DNA of 64,000 nucleotides, taken from assembly GCA_013115145.1 (NCBI GenBank), contig JAAPAO010000006.1:1-64000 (forward strand), read 5' to 3'. This stretch comes from Perkinsus chesapeaki ATCC PRA-425. Its lineage: Eukaryota > Protista > Perkinsozoa. A program made the position numbers and the translations under genes. The notes beneath the pieces were generated by a model. The model did not search any database and had not been told where the DNA came from. It saw nothing but the letters and a program-made list of their open reading frames with translations. How positions within the stretch are numbered: the stretch's first letter is position 1; each line of letters opens with the position of its first letter. Shown one piece after another: positions 10,362 through 24,722 of the stretch.

Positions 10362-10989
10362 TCACGAAGAGAAGATCGCGAGTCTGAAAAAAAAGTCGAC
10401 ATTGTCACCACTTTGCGACATGTTGACTGTAATACTGTTCCCAATCCTATTACCCTCACGTACTCCTTCCCGCATCGAGCATTTCGGTGATGCACTATCC
10501 GCCACTCCACTAGAAGATGTATCGCGTTGAAGTAGGAGGGACAATGACCTACGCCACAGTGCCCAGCCCAATGATGAAGTTCTAGCAGGATAGTAATACT
10601 TCAAATCCTTCTCCTGCCTCGGTCTTTTGCACGCTGCATCTGTACTCCGATCCCTGTCTGCACCATCCGATGAGGATGCGCTCGACGATGAGAAAGATGA
10701 GGAAGAAGAACTGGATGAGGATGACGACGTTTCAGAATCACTGCGTTTTCGGCTTTTTCTCTTTCCTAAGAAGCTAGCCATAGAGAAAACCGCCATAGGT
10801 GGGACTGTTACGGGAACCAGAAGTGCTCTTGGAAGAATTCCTTCGTAGAAGACTGTCGGACACATCAACTTGATCTTTGGTCAGTTTCAGAACCTCTAAT
10901 GTTATCTCCGCCTGAGCAGCAACGGCAATTCTTACATCAGTAGTACTGATTCGGTACGGAAAACCTACTACCTTAGATGACGGTTCCAT
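10362..10989 (-). CDS. Hypothetical Ser-rich, basic (NLS-like) protein
   Basis: ORFs 10774-10989 and 10362-10868 with GKRKSRKRSDSETSSSSSS. Confidence 0.4.
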
Positions 10990-11279
10990 GGCTTTACCCC
11001 GTCCTCCTTCAGTTCTACTCCGGCATACTTCACATTTTCCATTCTCGTATATCTTGCTTGCGCAATCAGAACAGAACCTGAGTACAGTCCATTCGGATAT
11101 TAAATCCTAAGCCTTGTGTCCCTACACATGCCCACACGGAGATATAGCAGTTGTCGCACTAGCACGACTGCACCTCACACACAGAGAATACTGAGTTGCC
11201 TCTCTACCCCTTGCTCTGAGACTAGACCTGAACATAGGTAGCAGTAAGACCGCTGTCTCACACGATACCAGCCTCTGAA

Positions 11280-13310
11280 TTACATTTCTTTTTGTAAAGC
11301 ATTAACATGCTCCATATCAATCTCCTTTATTGCCCCGGAGAACCTCTCTGAAACACTATGGCATATCCCTTCATACGCGGCGACTAACTTGCGTAATATC
11401 TGATAGTAGTAGCACGATCCATAGCGGAATGGCTTCTGTGAGTACATCAGATTCTCTGGTGGCAATCTCTAGCCTCCTCTCGTCTTTAGCCATCGTTACC
11501 TACGGAATGACCAGAACAAATACATAAAAATAATGTACTAAGTATGTTTCATGTAGCATAATGAATACGCTCTACGAATAGCATGCTAAGAATAGCATGC
11601 CCCACAATAGAGTCTCCATGCGAATCTGCCACCTACTACCTGAGTTTGGCCGAGAAGAAGTGACCTTTCAATCAACAAATCTTTCAGACGGTTAATGGAA
11701 GCACTCAATGATGCAATGGCCTTCCTGTGAGACTCACTATCTGAACACCACGCGCTTGTAACATGCAACGCATACGTGTGCTAGTAGAAATCTCACCTTC
11801 CTTCGTTTGTTGTTCGCCCGATGGCTGGCCATGTAAAGCTAAAGCCTGTGCAGCAGCCTGGTCCGCTTCGACTCTGTCAAAATAGCTGAAATCTGGCTTG
11901 ATGAGGTACATCTGCCTCTGCGTACCCACGCCCTTCACCTTGAAGCTGCAGTCAAAGTGCTTGCATATTTGACGCACCTGATAACAAGCCTCACGATGTA
12001 GAGTTTACATTATAAACAGTGTACACTATGTCATTACAGTATATCAACTAAGAAATAAGTTCCGAATTACTTAAGGTCACTTTTATACAGTTTTTACACA
12101 TTCAGAGGCACACCTATTAAACCAAGACCCATGTACTACCACATCTCTCTCGGCAGAGTTGACAGTCTTTGGTAGAGCTTGAGACTCCTTACCAGATTCT
12201 AAAAACCGCTCGACCTCCTTCCACCACGGAGTCTTCCTCAAGAAGTGTAGAGGCTTCTGTCCCGACATAGACAAACACTGAAATATACCGATCTTTCCCT
12301 CTGTTGTTACTAGAAGACGCTGCCGATCATCGATAACTAAACTCAATTCACATATCCGGTTAAGGAGCCGGTCAACGTCTTAGAATTCTGCTGCTATAGC
12401 AACCTCGGAGCATGTCATGCTCTATGTGGCATAATAGGCAGTCCTCTAACCAATCTCACTAAATCGTATGGAGAAGTTGGCAAGCCTCATCAGAAACCTC
12501 CGGTGAAGAAATATCAGCAGCAGACAGATTGATATAGTACCTACGAGACGGCTGGAGTTGACAACTCGGAGCAAATCTTGCAAATGCACTTCCTACGCAT
12601 AAAGGTCAGCGCTGACTGGGAGGAACTGATGCCTTATGCTCCTCCCACTGCTAGTTTGATACACTCCGGAGGTATTGATTGGAGGTAGCACTGTACCTTC
12701 TACTTCTTGTTGACTTTCCGATCGTGGACGGCCACTCTATAACAGTCGGAGTAAGGATATGTCCACCCGACTATGAGAATCTGCTTACAGTGAGCTGCTC
12801 ATAACTCATATCAAAGAAGCGACTGACGTCAGTGGCCCTCTTTGTTCGTATAGGGGGCAATTCTACATGCGATCGCCGACTAGTCTGAGAACTACGAACT
12901 GACCCGGCGGACGAACCGACAAATACTACATGTCCCATACTTTCACAAAGATAAGATGGTATTCTAGAGTAAGTAAACCTCAGCTGTGTGCGTTTTTGAG
13001 CTGCCCAATCGTGACGCGGAATTTCTGGCGGTGAAAATGAAGATCTCTGAGTGCGGAATATACCACAGATCCTACCCCCAGATCCTTCCGAGTGGAATGT
13101 ACTATGAGAGTCCTTTTCATATTTCCTCCGCGCCATATCACATACTCGAATGACCACTCTATGATAAAGCAGCCGTAAAAACTGTACCGCTTTCTTGTGT
13201 GCTCTTTTGTAAGGGTCGATTTGCGACATTGTGGACGATTGGGATAAAAAGTGCGACGCCCTACAGAACCGAGTTGGATAGCACTCAGTACGATAAAGTT
13301 TACCTAGACG
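11280..13310 (-). CDS. Hypothetical multi-exon protein with a possible R3H-like motif
   Basis: Consecutive minus-strand exon-like ORFs; RQICKHFDCSFKVKGVGTQRQMYLIK resembles the R3H spacing (R..I....S.G.G..R...K) but lacks the His. Confidence 0.35.
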
Positions 13311-13503
13311 CACGCACCTCTCGATTACGATGTTCCACACGTGTTCGAGTATCATTATCGGTGACTAACTGAAGAAGCAATTCACATGGCGACCGCCGAC
13401 AGAAAATTACCTTTTGACCTGTGCCATTAAGCCTTACCCCAGTCATGCGCTTCAAAAAAATCGCTGCGTCATTGCTCACAGGAGGGTTTTTACCTAACCA
13501 CCA

Positions 13504-14014
13504 CTAGAGAGTGATCGACTCTTCAAGAACGCCCAAGCTACGCTTTTGCTCGGCTCGTTTAGCATCAAGTATGGCACGAGCGTTTTGGCGTTTGATCATG
13601 TTCTTCATTTCCTAAATTAACCCACTACGTCATGAGGCATCCGGCAGTACTAATACCTTCTTTGGTTTGATAATTTTCAGCTTCACATCAGACCTTCTTA
13701 TTCCCTCTTTGATTACCCTGCTCACCTGCGTCACACAACAATTAGGTTGTAGAACCGATACAGCACTCACCTGTTCGGCAACACTCTCTACTTTGGGCGC
13801 TTTCACTCTCTCTTGTCTCAGCCGGGCTTCCGATTCCCTCGTGATAACTGATGCCCTTTGAGAGAGAACCGAATGCCGAGCTACGCGGGTTGCCTACACG
13901 AAGAATAAAGAAATCACAGAACAAGAGTCACTACAAATGATAAAGCTGCCATAACTGACGCTCGGTCTCCTAATCGTATTGGCCAAGCTTTCGAGGAGGA
14001 CCGGCGGCTCCCAT
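13504..14014 (-). CDS. Small hypothetical basic/coiled-coil protein
   Basis: Last exon EMKNMIKRQNARAILDAKRAEQKRSLGVLEESITL*, plus upstream exon-like pieces. Confidence 0.3.
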
Positions 14015-14183
14015 ATGACTGTTCATTTACTGACATTACAGTCAATAACTGAGGACACGGCGAGCAGGACGGCTACAGCGGTCAACGCTACGCGATAAAC
14101 TGGATCCATAACATGTTTACTACAGTAATAGAGTTAACAAAGATAGATATCCGCTATATGTGACGGGTAGGACGCAAACCCGG

Positions 14184-15472
14184 TCAATGAGTCCGAGGCT
14201 TCTCTGTACTGGCTACTTGACTCTCCTCCAGAATGGTCGCTAACTTGGTCTTCTCGACATCAGTGAGGTCCACTAGTGGCTTGCGACAGGGCCCGCCATG
14301 CAAACCAACCATGTCCATAGCATACTAAGCCGAACACCACTAGAGGTGGTACTGTAGATGTCCAGAAGATTCACCTTAAGTCCAGGCACTCCAAACTGTG
14401 AGGTCACAGCCGTATTTATTTCTACCGCTCGATGCTGATGGGCCATTGCACAACTCAAGTCTCCCTTGAAGAACGCGTCTTGCTGAAATGCGCGCCATGA
14501 TCAATAATACACAGCGAAGACAGTACGATATCACAACACAGCTGTGGTGCTATATTAGCGAGGGCGCAGACTCCACCGACGGCGCCAATGGATAAAGCAG
14601 GTAGTAAAAAGCCAGCACTGCCAGCCAATAAACTGAACTCGGTATTGTCGGTATCTTATGCAGAAGGCGTCATTAACAACCTCGACACTCGACATCGCGA
14701 GCACTATGTATATAGCACAACGTAATATACTTACGTTTACGAACCGTTGCCATTTTTACAACATTTCCGCTCGAATCCTTGAGGCCTATAATGTTCTTAT
14801 GTTTCGCAAGGCGACATATAGCAGCTACCGACAAATCAACGCCTGTGTTAGCTGGCATATTGTAACTGATTGATACTCATTGTGGGACATACTGCTCCAC
14901 TAGTTATTACAGGATAACAGGTATTGGACTGGCATCAGCAATCGCAGTGTAATGAGTAACGATTGCATCATCAGTCATCCTAGATTTATAACAGCTAGGA
15001 GTTAAAACAAGAGCCTGCTTGTTGACTCCACACCCAGTACCACCGTTACTAACTACTACAGCATCAGCTCCCACCGCAGCCACCCGCTTAGTCAATTCTA
15101 TCGTAGCAGCCGTCGACCCTGCCTCCGTCCCTACCAGAAGTTGCCAATGCTCAGGCATACTTTTACGGACAACCTCTACTTGGTGGATCTAAAGTGAAAA
15201 TATAACCCTTTGCTAAGCTCCAAGCAAACACTACTCTCTCTTCAGGCGACAACAGAACATATTCCCCATTACTGCCTTGACAAACTATTCCAGTCAATCC
15301 TGTACAAGTAGCCCAGTAGCTACATGTATATAGAATGAGTTGGGGGCTTTACTTAGGGGGCTTACTTTATATTTGAAATCATTTTATTATCGTCAGGAAT
15401 GCCTTCTGTTGTAAACGGTGTCGCTATTGGAGGATAGATGCCTCTCAGAGTCTCCACGGTGACAGCAGGCAT
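14184..15472 (-). CDS. HOGA1: 4-hydroxy-2-oxoglutarate aldolase / dihydrodipicolinate-synthase family
   Basis: GIYPPIATPF, GIVCQGSNGE, VLTPSCYK, SPIPVILYN, PANTGVDL...HKNIIGLKDSSGN (Schiff-base Lys motif); the GSNGE and PANTG features are HOGA1-like. Confidence 0.85.
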
Positions 15473-15511
15473 GATGAATGATAGGAAGACACCCTTATAA
15501 AACGCACGATA

Positions 15512-17938
15512 TTACTCAAGCGTCGTTGGCTCGAATATAATGCACATTACGCAGTTGAGGGGAATGAGCAACTTCGCATCTCCCAAGTTGGGAGTCCCAA
15601 CTCCGTCCAATTGTTCTTGACTCAACACAACCGAATGAGCATTCTCGTCGTAAGCATCCGCTAGTCAAAGAATAAATGTTCCAAATTCGATAATGGCGAT
15701 GCCCAAGCTACGATGATGACAACGACTGATGACTTAAGTCCTCAAGGGATAACATAAAGGTCATTTCTCGAACACGGTCGTAGTAGGTTACTGTTTGGTA
15801 AACGATAAAACATCATCTAATACAGTACACTGCATACGACCTCTGTTACCCTACGCTGCCTTCATCTTTGCTTCAACATACTTATCCCAGCACTTCCGGC
15901 CTAAGGACAGAAAATGCAGTAAGTCACACCTAGTCAAGATGATATAGTACTGCAGAACTCATCCAACTTCGAGACCTTTGATGCGGGCCTAGAGTGCTGT
16001 CTGGAGCTGCCGTGATTGGTACCATACCTGACAGAACAACAACACCGTGAAGGATCTGAGTTGAGATCAATAAAACTGTAGGTAAGCCATCCTTACAAAG
16101 TCGTATTCATCGCTGGACATGTTGTGCCACACGTAGCGCACTGGGCTTTCTTATCAACAGTAGGAGGCATCTTGGACTGATCTTGTAGGACCTAACCCAG
16201 TCATGTGCGTTGTTGGTGATTTCCGGTCTACCCATTGAGGGAACCATCCTTCCTTCTTGCCTCCTTGAGCAACAATAGTACCCAAGGTCCAGCCACATAC
16301 AGTCTGATGAGCTATTCCACCTCGAATCTAGCAAAGGCATCATTATATTCAACTCCCCACTCTAAGCAATTAGTACCGAGATAATATCACCAATCATAAC
16401 TGAGAGTTCTTTAGGCCTATCATTGGAGTCATATGCTCTCCGGGCAATATATGTTGAAGCAATGCTGGGGGCATGTTGAGCTTTACCAGAAACACCACTT
16501 TGCGCTGAACCAGGACGGCTTTGGCGTCCGGTGGGCGACGTTACTATACCAGCTGAGGGACGTGTCGAGGTGGGCGAGGCCTTAGGAGCCTCGGTTATAT
16601 CCGGCTCACCTTCAGTTACAGCATAACCCATACCTTCGCGGATAGTTTTACACCTATGAAAAGAGTGTGCATCAACATCAAAGCAAGTGTGTGTGAGGTG
16701 ATTATTGTACCTATTATCAGGCACCCATCCAAGCCTAGCACCATCACCAGAAATACATAAATTCCATCCAGCACGAGCTCTGCGTTGCCATACAACTACA
16801 ACTTCGCCTTCTGATACCTAAAGTAAACGTGTTGAGTTAGACGTAGATACAACTAGTCAATCAGTCAAACAATGAAAGCCGCTTCCTTACCGGGAGGAAT
16901 TGCTCCATGCTGTCGCTTCCAATGCCAATCGAGTGCGGGTCGAAATCACGAATAATCGACGCTCTCTCAGCTAATACAGTCGGCATTTTAGCAGCGGCTT
17001 CAGCTGCAGCAGAACCTGAGTAAGAGCACGTAATATTCGCACACGAGGAGGATCTGTAGCTTACCCTGAACCTCTCTATCAGCATTGGCTATAGGCTGAG
17101 CTCCTGGAGGTACTAATCCCTCCGATTCTACGTACTCGTCCAATCTCTTGAGACAGTATGCAGGAAACCATCCCTCCGAGCTAGAACGGGTTATATTCCT
17201 AAGACAGAATACAAATACAAAGAATTTTCAAGAAAATTAAAGCAAATTACACTCCATGAACCCACAACCCGCTTTCGCTCTTATCATCAATCCTCACTTG
17301 ATCATGAACCCCCACAGATATCACATGACCTGAATACGAGCATTACACATACTGGTATACTTGGTTGCTGCATGACCTCCAAGTTCCTGACTGTTAGCTT
17401 TAGCTCCTTCAAATGGTATCATAATCGTATGAACTCTGTAAGTCTGACACTGCCCCTCATGTTCAGATTCCTGAACCGAAATGCCGTACATGCAACTCTA
17501 AGCGCTAATCTAGTCACCTCATCACTGTTAGCCTTGTCCGTTTGAGTGTGGAAACCAGGCTGTGTTGTGTTAGGGGCTATAACTACGCCCGCTTTACACG
17601 CCTTGCATGTCTTAGCATGAGCTTGATATCTAACCAAACAAAATATACACCCTCCAAATGTTATACAAGTATTACGTGTCATAGGTGCCGGTCCATTGGC
17701 AACTCCCAGTGGGGTCGAAGTCAGGATTATAGTGACATTCTAAGCAGCAAGCACGATAAGCAGTGGTTTTACTCGAGCCGTTAAACCTTACTGATCTTCA
17801 GCTTGGACAACATCTTCCATATAGATTGACACTCAGGTCGTTGTGGATCCTAAACAAAAATTAATTCATTTTAGAAAGTTATAACACCGTACCCATTTAC
17901 GAGGTAAAAGCCACACTCACAGACTCGAGACCACTCAT
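15512..17938 (-). CDS. SH3-domain protein with helical N-terminal region and Cys-rich C-terminal part (may be more than one gene)
   Basis: ARRAYDSNDRPKELSVMIGDIISV...GWTLGTIVAQGGKKEGWFP is an SH3 pattern split by an intron; followed by CATCGTTC and further Cys-rich exons. Confidence 0.6.
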
Positions 17939-18120
17939 AACAATAGAGTTTGAAGGATTAAAACCGAGCTAAGATTGCTTGCTCGATATACCGGCCTCGC
18001 GCCTCACGACAAACTCACGAGATCCAGAAGGCCCGGGTTCAATTTGTAGGATAACATTCTTGCAATAATAATAGAATAGAAATGAAATAGATCACAGATC
18101 AGCTACATGTTTAAGAATTC

Positions 18121-18762
18121 TTAGTGTGTCTGCGAAATGCGGGCTTGTGGAAGACGACATGTGGAAACGAGTACGAACATTTGCCACTGGTGGTTTACCG
18201 GGGGATTGATGGAGAAGATTTCCTTCTTGTCGTTCAGAGGCGTCTTGCAGACTGGGCATGGAACATTACGAGCTTGACCAGCAGTACGTGCAACCTGATA
18301 TATAGGAAAGCATAGTCTGTGACATTCTTACCAATAGAACGTACTTGGACCCAGCTTCGAAAAGTAGGCTGAATTTGACTCCATTCCTCAAGGCAATCAC
18401 CACAGAACATATGAGAGCACTTTGTTATCTTCGGTTGGCATCCAACTATGTAAGTATGACAGATCTTGCAAACAAACTCTTCTGATTCCGGCGTGGGATT
18501 AAGTAATTGATCTGTGTCAATCTTAATCTCATCCAATGGTAACCTATGGATTGGGTCATCTATAGTGTGGTTAGAGTCCTCTGGATCGGAACCTGTACAA
18601 TGATACGCAGTAGTTGAATATAGAGATTAAATTACTCTCAGCAGGTGGCGCGTTGTGAGCCGAAGATGTGGAAGTCGATGAACCATGGGCAGCCGAATCT
18701 TGCCTAGATACCGTTGATGATTGTCTACTGGTGCCGCGCTTGCCACTTCCTCGAGAGGTCAT
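18121..18762 (-). CDS. RING-HC (C3HC4) E3 ligase-like protein
   Basis: CKIC-x11-CSHMFCGDC ... CPVCKTPL across one intron. Confidence 0.8.
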
Positions 18763-19199
18763 TTACGATATGCTCACTCGAAAGCGAAATATTCAACTGC
18801 TGAGAAACAGACAGTAAACATCGATCTCCTAGGCCGAACGCAATGTTCCCAAGAAAGATTATTCAAAACGTTCAACCGAGTCTTCGCTATGCTGATGACA
18901 GTGGCCAATGGCAGAGTTACTTTAATCTTACACGAGCTGGATGCACGCGTCTCTGTGATGAAACTTAAGGATTGCGTGCCTCAGTATTCTAATGTACTAT
19001 ACCAATTACTGCTTTTATCCTAAGTATGACTGCCCAGCAATAATTCGGAAAATGTCAACAATGCTATGCCAATCGGTGTGAAGTTACCATTGGTCTTAGC
19101 AATGATACACATCTTAACATGAAACAGCTCCTCGAAGAAGGGCCTTAAACAAGGTAGGCCCTGAACTGAGCTGACAGAAGTGACACGTCAGTGCTCAGC

Positions 19200-20587
19200 A
19201 TCACTCATCTCATGTCCACATACAGCCGATGCTGAGGGAAATACAACCGTTGGTGGCTCTCTGCAATCACAGTCTCTCTTATTCCAAAAGGCGGTGCCAT
19301 ATGAACCATAAAGCTCCTCTCCAGGATATATATACCTGAACAGTAAGCAGGGGTGAGGGTTGGATCCACGATAGACTACCTCGTAGCTTTCACAGCCAGC
19401 ATCTTAACCCCAGTTGGGGTAGCAGAAGCTGTGGTCGATGATGAGGATGATGCAGCAGATGATAACCTCCTACCACTTCTAGTCGACCTTGGCTCCACAA
19501 CTGACAGTTCGACTGGACAGAACTCCACATTATTGAAGGATGAACCAGAGCCTCCCATATTGATTAGCTGGCCGACATACATACCCTTCATAAGGCAAGA
19601 GTACAAGCCATCAACATACATTAGCTTATGCATGAGGGGAATACAATGGGATGACAGTGCACCTCCGAAACTATCCTTCATCCAGTGCCGCTGAGCCTCA
19701 GAGAAAACATGCCCCGAATAGAGAGTAATCACTTCATTCTTGTGGAAGCTTTTCATCGCAAACACTCCTCGACCACCACCAAAGATGCGTGACCATCTCA
19801 CCGTCAATGCTTGTGAGTCTCCGAGTGCATACGCCTTCTCCATGAGGAGATCAAGCGAACATCTACGGCCATTGAGTATCAGCCTCGAATCCTCCTCCTC
19901 ATCCACAGAAGGCTGTTCTTTCCAGGGTTGTGGGAAATAGTTGGGCAACATAGTTTCAGATACATCTCTATCATCGTCCGCATAACTGCAGTATGGCAGC
20001 TTATATGCTTTAAACCATTCTTCTTGTTCAGGATGGGGCATGAGACCACAAAGCCTCGCCTTATCTGGATGTACAAAATACATATCTTGACTACCAACAA
20101 CATCCCTGTCCCTTCTCTGCCTCCCACTAGTACACGTCATTTGCAGCTCTGAATCCGTAGGAGCACACTCAGCTATCTCGGCTAAACTGCGCCCATCACC
20201 ATCAATCCAGCCCACGAAGAATCGCATATCCCAACGGACTTTCCCCCCTCCAGTCCCCTCAGACTTCACTATAACCTTCCTGGCAAGGTACTGCATAGCT
20301 ACATCTCGAGAAGCTTGTGAGTCTGATGCTGAGCCAGAAGTCTCACCCTGGAAATCAGGCATTGTTAAAGGGCAACTTAACTCAGATCTGGAAGCTGTAG
20401 ACTCCGTGGATTCCTCTCGTTTTGGGTGACCCGCCGCTGGCTCCTTACATTCGGAGCGCTTACGTTTCGACGGGGCACCTCGACGGCCCTTAATACCAGG
20501 AGAAGCTTGTGAAGGTTTAGACATGAAACGGCAACCAAGCCCAAGCGATACCAACAAAAGCGTATCATCAGGTTCCCATGAACACAA
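19200..20587 (-). CDS. Divergent SET-domain protein, copy 2, with chromo-like N-terminal module (3' end uncertain)
   Basis: SRIFGGGRGVFAMKSFHKNEVITLYSG...GQLINMGG...NNVEF...AVKATR / YIYPGEELYGSYGTAFW. Confidence 0.8.
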
Positions 20588-20666
20588 CCTTCACGGTCAC
20601 AGAAGCAAAGTAGTGTCATTAAATTACTAGCCCGAGTGGTGGCGGAAACGGTTGACCGTCATGCAC

Positions 20667-22045
20667 TCATGTATGACGTACTTTATGCTCCGCTTGTAGT
20701 AGATACAGGCGATTGAAGTTCGGCAGAGGGACTGGATAAACCTGAAAGATGAAGTGGCGAGGTATGCACTTCGAACGTATACCTATACTAACAAGATCAT
20801 CAGGAGGCAGCATTTCTTCTAATGTGAGAGGCCGCTGTACAGGCGGGGGCTCTAGGCAGACCATCTCCTGCTTCTTCCAGAAGGATGCACCATAGGAAAC
20901 ATATAGCTCTTCTCCAGGGAATATATACCTGTTCACATCCTATTACAGACATACGCGACAACGCTGACAACACACCGTGTAGCCCGTAGCACAACTGCTT
21001 TCATAGCCGTTGGGACTCCCTTAGATCTGCCCAACGGTCCTCCGTTGGTTGTTACATCAATAGTGTGAAATTCACAGTTATTAAACGAGCTCCCTGCACC
21101 ACCCATGTTGAGCATTTGCCCTACATGCATCCCTTTCATAAGACAGCTATGCATACCATCCAGATACGATAACTTCTGCATCAAAGGAATACAATGGGTG
21201 GAGAGCTCACCACCACCCTCATTCTTCATAAACGTTCTCTGGGCCTCACTGAACATATGCCCCCAGTATAGACTGACAAGCTCATGCCGGAAGAATGGCT
21301 TCTCAGCGAATACACCTCGGCCACCATAGGGTATTCTGGACTTGCGTATAGATATAGCATGTGTGTCACCCACTCGAAAGGCGCTAGCTTTGAGCAACCC
21401 CATGCTATACGCAGTACCGTTGACAAATATACAGTTATCGGGAAACTTATCGCCTGGGAATGGTTTTTCCGCCCAAGGCTGCTGATAAGGTTCTTCCAAC
21501 GATGAATCGAGTACCTCAAATCTGCCATACCAATCCTTCTGCTGTGGGTATGGTTGAAGCCCTCGGGCTACTGCTCTGTCTAGATGTACGAAGTAGAGTG
21601 CTGTATAGGGCACAACTTCCCGGCCACCAGTAGACCGTATTGTGTTCACTTGTTGACGACCCCAGCGCTCTATTTCAGCTTTAGAGGGCGCGCAGTCCGA
21701 CACTTCAGCTAGCTGCCTACTCTCATCCAACCACCGTATGAAGAAGCGAGCCTCCCAGTCGATATAATCAAGCAAAACCAGCTCAGAATCAACCACCACT
21801 ATGACCTTCCGTGCAAGATATTCCTCCTTAAACTCAGCATACTCATTTTCCTCCATCACTGATGACGACATGTCATTAATAGTATTAGACACATCCACTG
21901 GTGTTTCTCCTTTTGGACCTCCACAGGGAGATGTATCGTATTCCTCTGCTACAAATTTGCCTGTTGATGCAGCGGATTTGCGACGCACTGGCGGTGACAG
22001 CATCGGCTCCTGAGAAATACTGCAGTCTACTCTCATGGCAACCAT
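20667..22045 (-). CDS. Divergent SET-domain protein, copy 1, with chromo-like N-terminal module
   Basis: SRIPYGGRGVFAEKPFFRHELVSLYWG...GQMLNMGG...NNCEF...LRATR / YIFPGEELYVSYGASFW. Confidence 0.8.
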
Positions 22046-22259
22046 GGTGACTTCACGAGTACCACACTGCCCGTCTCTTTATGCATTACATCACACTCAT
22101 GAGCCATACTATTATCATCAGTAACATCGATAGAAGGCCAATGCAGTGCACTCATTAATTCTTATGATAAATGTAACTATCACCAAGACAATTGAACCAG
22201 CCCCCGGGAACTCAAAGCTACTACAGTTAACAGTAGAAAGAGCGCTCAATAGACATCTC

Positions 22260-24722
22260 ATGTCACGCCATCGGCACACATTATAACAGCTACCGTGTAG
22301 TACTCAAGCAGCTAGTATGGGTCTCAGAAGTGCTTATATAACGTACCTTGAGATCGGAGACGTTGACCCTCTTATGACGTACAGATCCAACCAATACGTG
22401 ATAAACTTTGATCTGGTGAAGCAAGGCTGGAGACCATATAGCTGGTTGACCATCTAATGGATCCATCCGTGTGATGCTGTCTCGTACTTCTCTGTAAGGG
22501 AGGAACCCCAACTGGCCATATCTAAGCTAGTTTCTCGAAAGCCGCGAACGACAAATAGATAAATTTGAGCACTACGTATTATCTCCACACACGAAAGTCT
22601 CTCCGGATGCATCAAGGAAAATAGAATGCATAGCCGCTGCCGCACACATAACTATGCTCCTACCTGCCTATCGAAGGAAGAAATCCAAAAAGTGGAGAAA
22701 AATTCTGTTGATTATTACTATATTGCTGAGTGCCTTGACAACAGACGGGTTACATCGAGTGGCGTCACGTCCATCACTATTGGGCCCAACTCCAAGCTGA
22801 CCCAATGCATTGCTCCCGAACGAAACTACCTGCTCATGGAACAATAGTAAAGCACTATAGCAGACAGGAACACTTACAACACGTCCAAATGCTATAGCCA
22901 TGACGCTATGCTCGCCTCCTGCTGCCATAGAGCACACAAAGAACCTGATATTCATCCTCGAAGAGTATACATACGAACACCACCTACGGAGTCGAACCCA
23001 TGTCAATCTGCCGATGGTTGATGGTATTCTTCGAACCTAATCAACAAGTACAAGTTGAAGAACGAATCAATGAAGTTACTTCCTGCAGCGCGCCTGAACC
23101 TAAACAAGACGTATGTAGACTCAGACTTTAGGAGCTTTATCTAGCTTTACAATACATTTGAATGTCTTTAATTTCTATAGGTTTGAACTGATCATGTACA
23201 CTACCAATACCAAGCTGGCCACTGGAGTTGGCACCCCATGCAAACCTGTGTCACACCACATAATCTTAGAATGATATACAACTATTACACCCTTTCCTCT
23301 TTATTAGCTGGATCATAAGTGCTTGCTAGAGAATGACCCTCCCCGCAGCAGATTAGTCTAACCTGATTCATTGATAATAATACCATTGACCTCCACATCC
23401 GCCTTAATACACCCGATAGCTCCTCCACAAGCACAAGGGATGCTGACTGGCCACATTCCTTCACCCCAAGCTGCCCCCTTTTATTATCGCCACATGCCCA
23501 TACCTACTTATATAATTAAACTGTCACAATATGCACGTTACATACCACTCCAACTTCACTGAGTAGGAGTGAATGTCTAGATCCACAAGCCACTTGAAGT
23601 ATTGGATGGGCGGCAGTGAGCCGTATCTTTGTGAGTATTACTAGAATAAATGAGCTATCTCCTACCAGTGTAGGAGTCTGGTTTATCATGGCTTCATATC
23701 CCAGGCCTAATGCACCCTCAGTTTGTGTTCCACAACTATAAACGTGTCCTATACAGCAAGGCCTCGAAATATCTTCTAGTGAGTAAATAGTACCATTTCT
23801 TGCCAGCATCAGTGTGTGGGTCTGACCAGTTGAGCTAGTTGGTGACGATGAAACTTGCACCACTTCTATTCTAAAGCGTCATAGTGCAGATGAGTTGGGG
23901 ACTACGGACTACTCTCTTATTAGTTTAACCATCTCCGGTGACTCTTTAATTCTAACACCCCTCACGCCTCCACTTTCTAACATCTCAGGACTGACGAAGT
24001 CTCCAGTATCAGCTCGCATACCTTTGGCTTTAACTCAGCTTAGCTTCAAGGTGCTCACCTACCGAGCTGGCCCCATCTATTACTTCCCCATGCATATACT
24101 CTCCCTTGCGCAGTCATGGCAAAGTTACTGTCCCCACCGGATACAACCTAATACTTCCGTATTCACTTCCCAGTACATCAACTTCTGTCTTCTCTACTTG
24201 AATGCAGTCCTTCCCTCGTAGTACATCTACTGTCATCACATGGCTGGCTTTTTGTCGATGATGATTATGATGCTGCCCCAATGACGACGTTATACTGGCG
24301 TCTTTCATAAGCCCCAGCTGACCGTACTTATTGTCTCCGAACGTTAGTATAACTGATGAGAGTTTCAGTAGTAGAGACGGCAGCATGTATGCAACCACTC
24401 CATTACCACTATGAATATTAGGTAAACTACCATCCTCTATACATTGTAGGCCGATACAGTATACACCACGCTTGACATTAGTCTAACGGAGAATGGGACA
24501 TATTGATACCCTTTGCTGATAAAAATCACATCGGATGGCTCTTCCGCTGGTTGCACCACAGTTGGTGACCGTTCGAAATGAGCGCGAGATGGACCTTTGG
24601 CAAAGTAATGCGATTTACCAAGTAAGATCACAACACTTCCTGTAAAACGCTTGCTTTGTGAGCGCCCTGCTCCGACATCAGATAACGCTCTTAATACACC
24701 GTGGCTAGTCGCCTGTAGCATT
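22260..24722 (-). CDS. RCC1-repeat protein
   Basis: FGDNKYGQLGL, VYSCGTQTEGALGLG, VACGSRHSLLLSE, MAAGGEHSVM, FGSNALGQLGVG. Confidence 0.8.

Noticed and set aside
17990-18055. tRNA-like sequence with GGGTTCAAT
   Set aside because: No A box, no cloverleaf and an incomplete B box.
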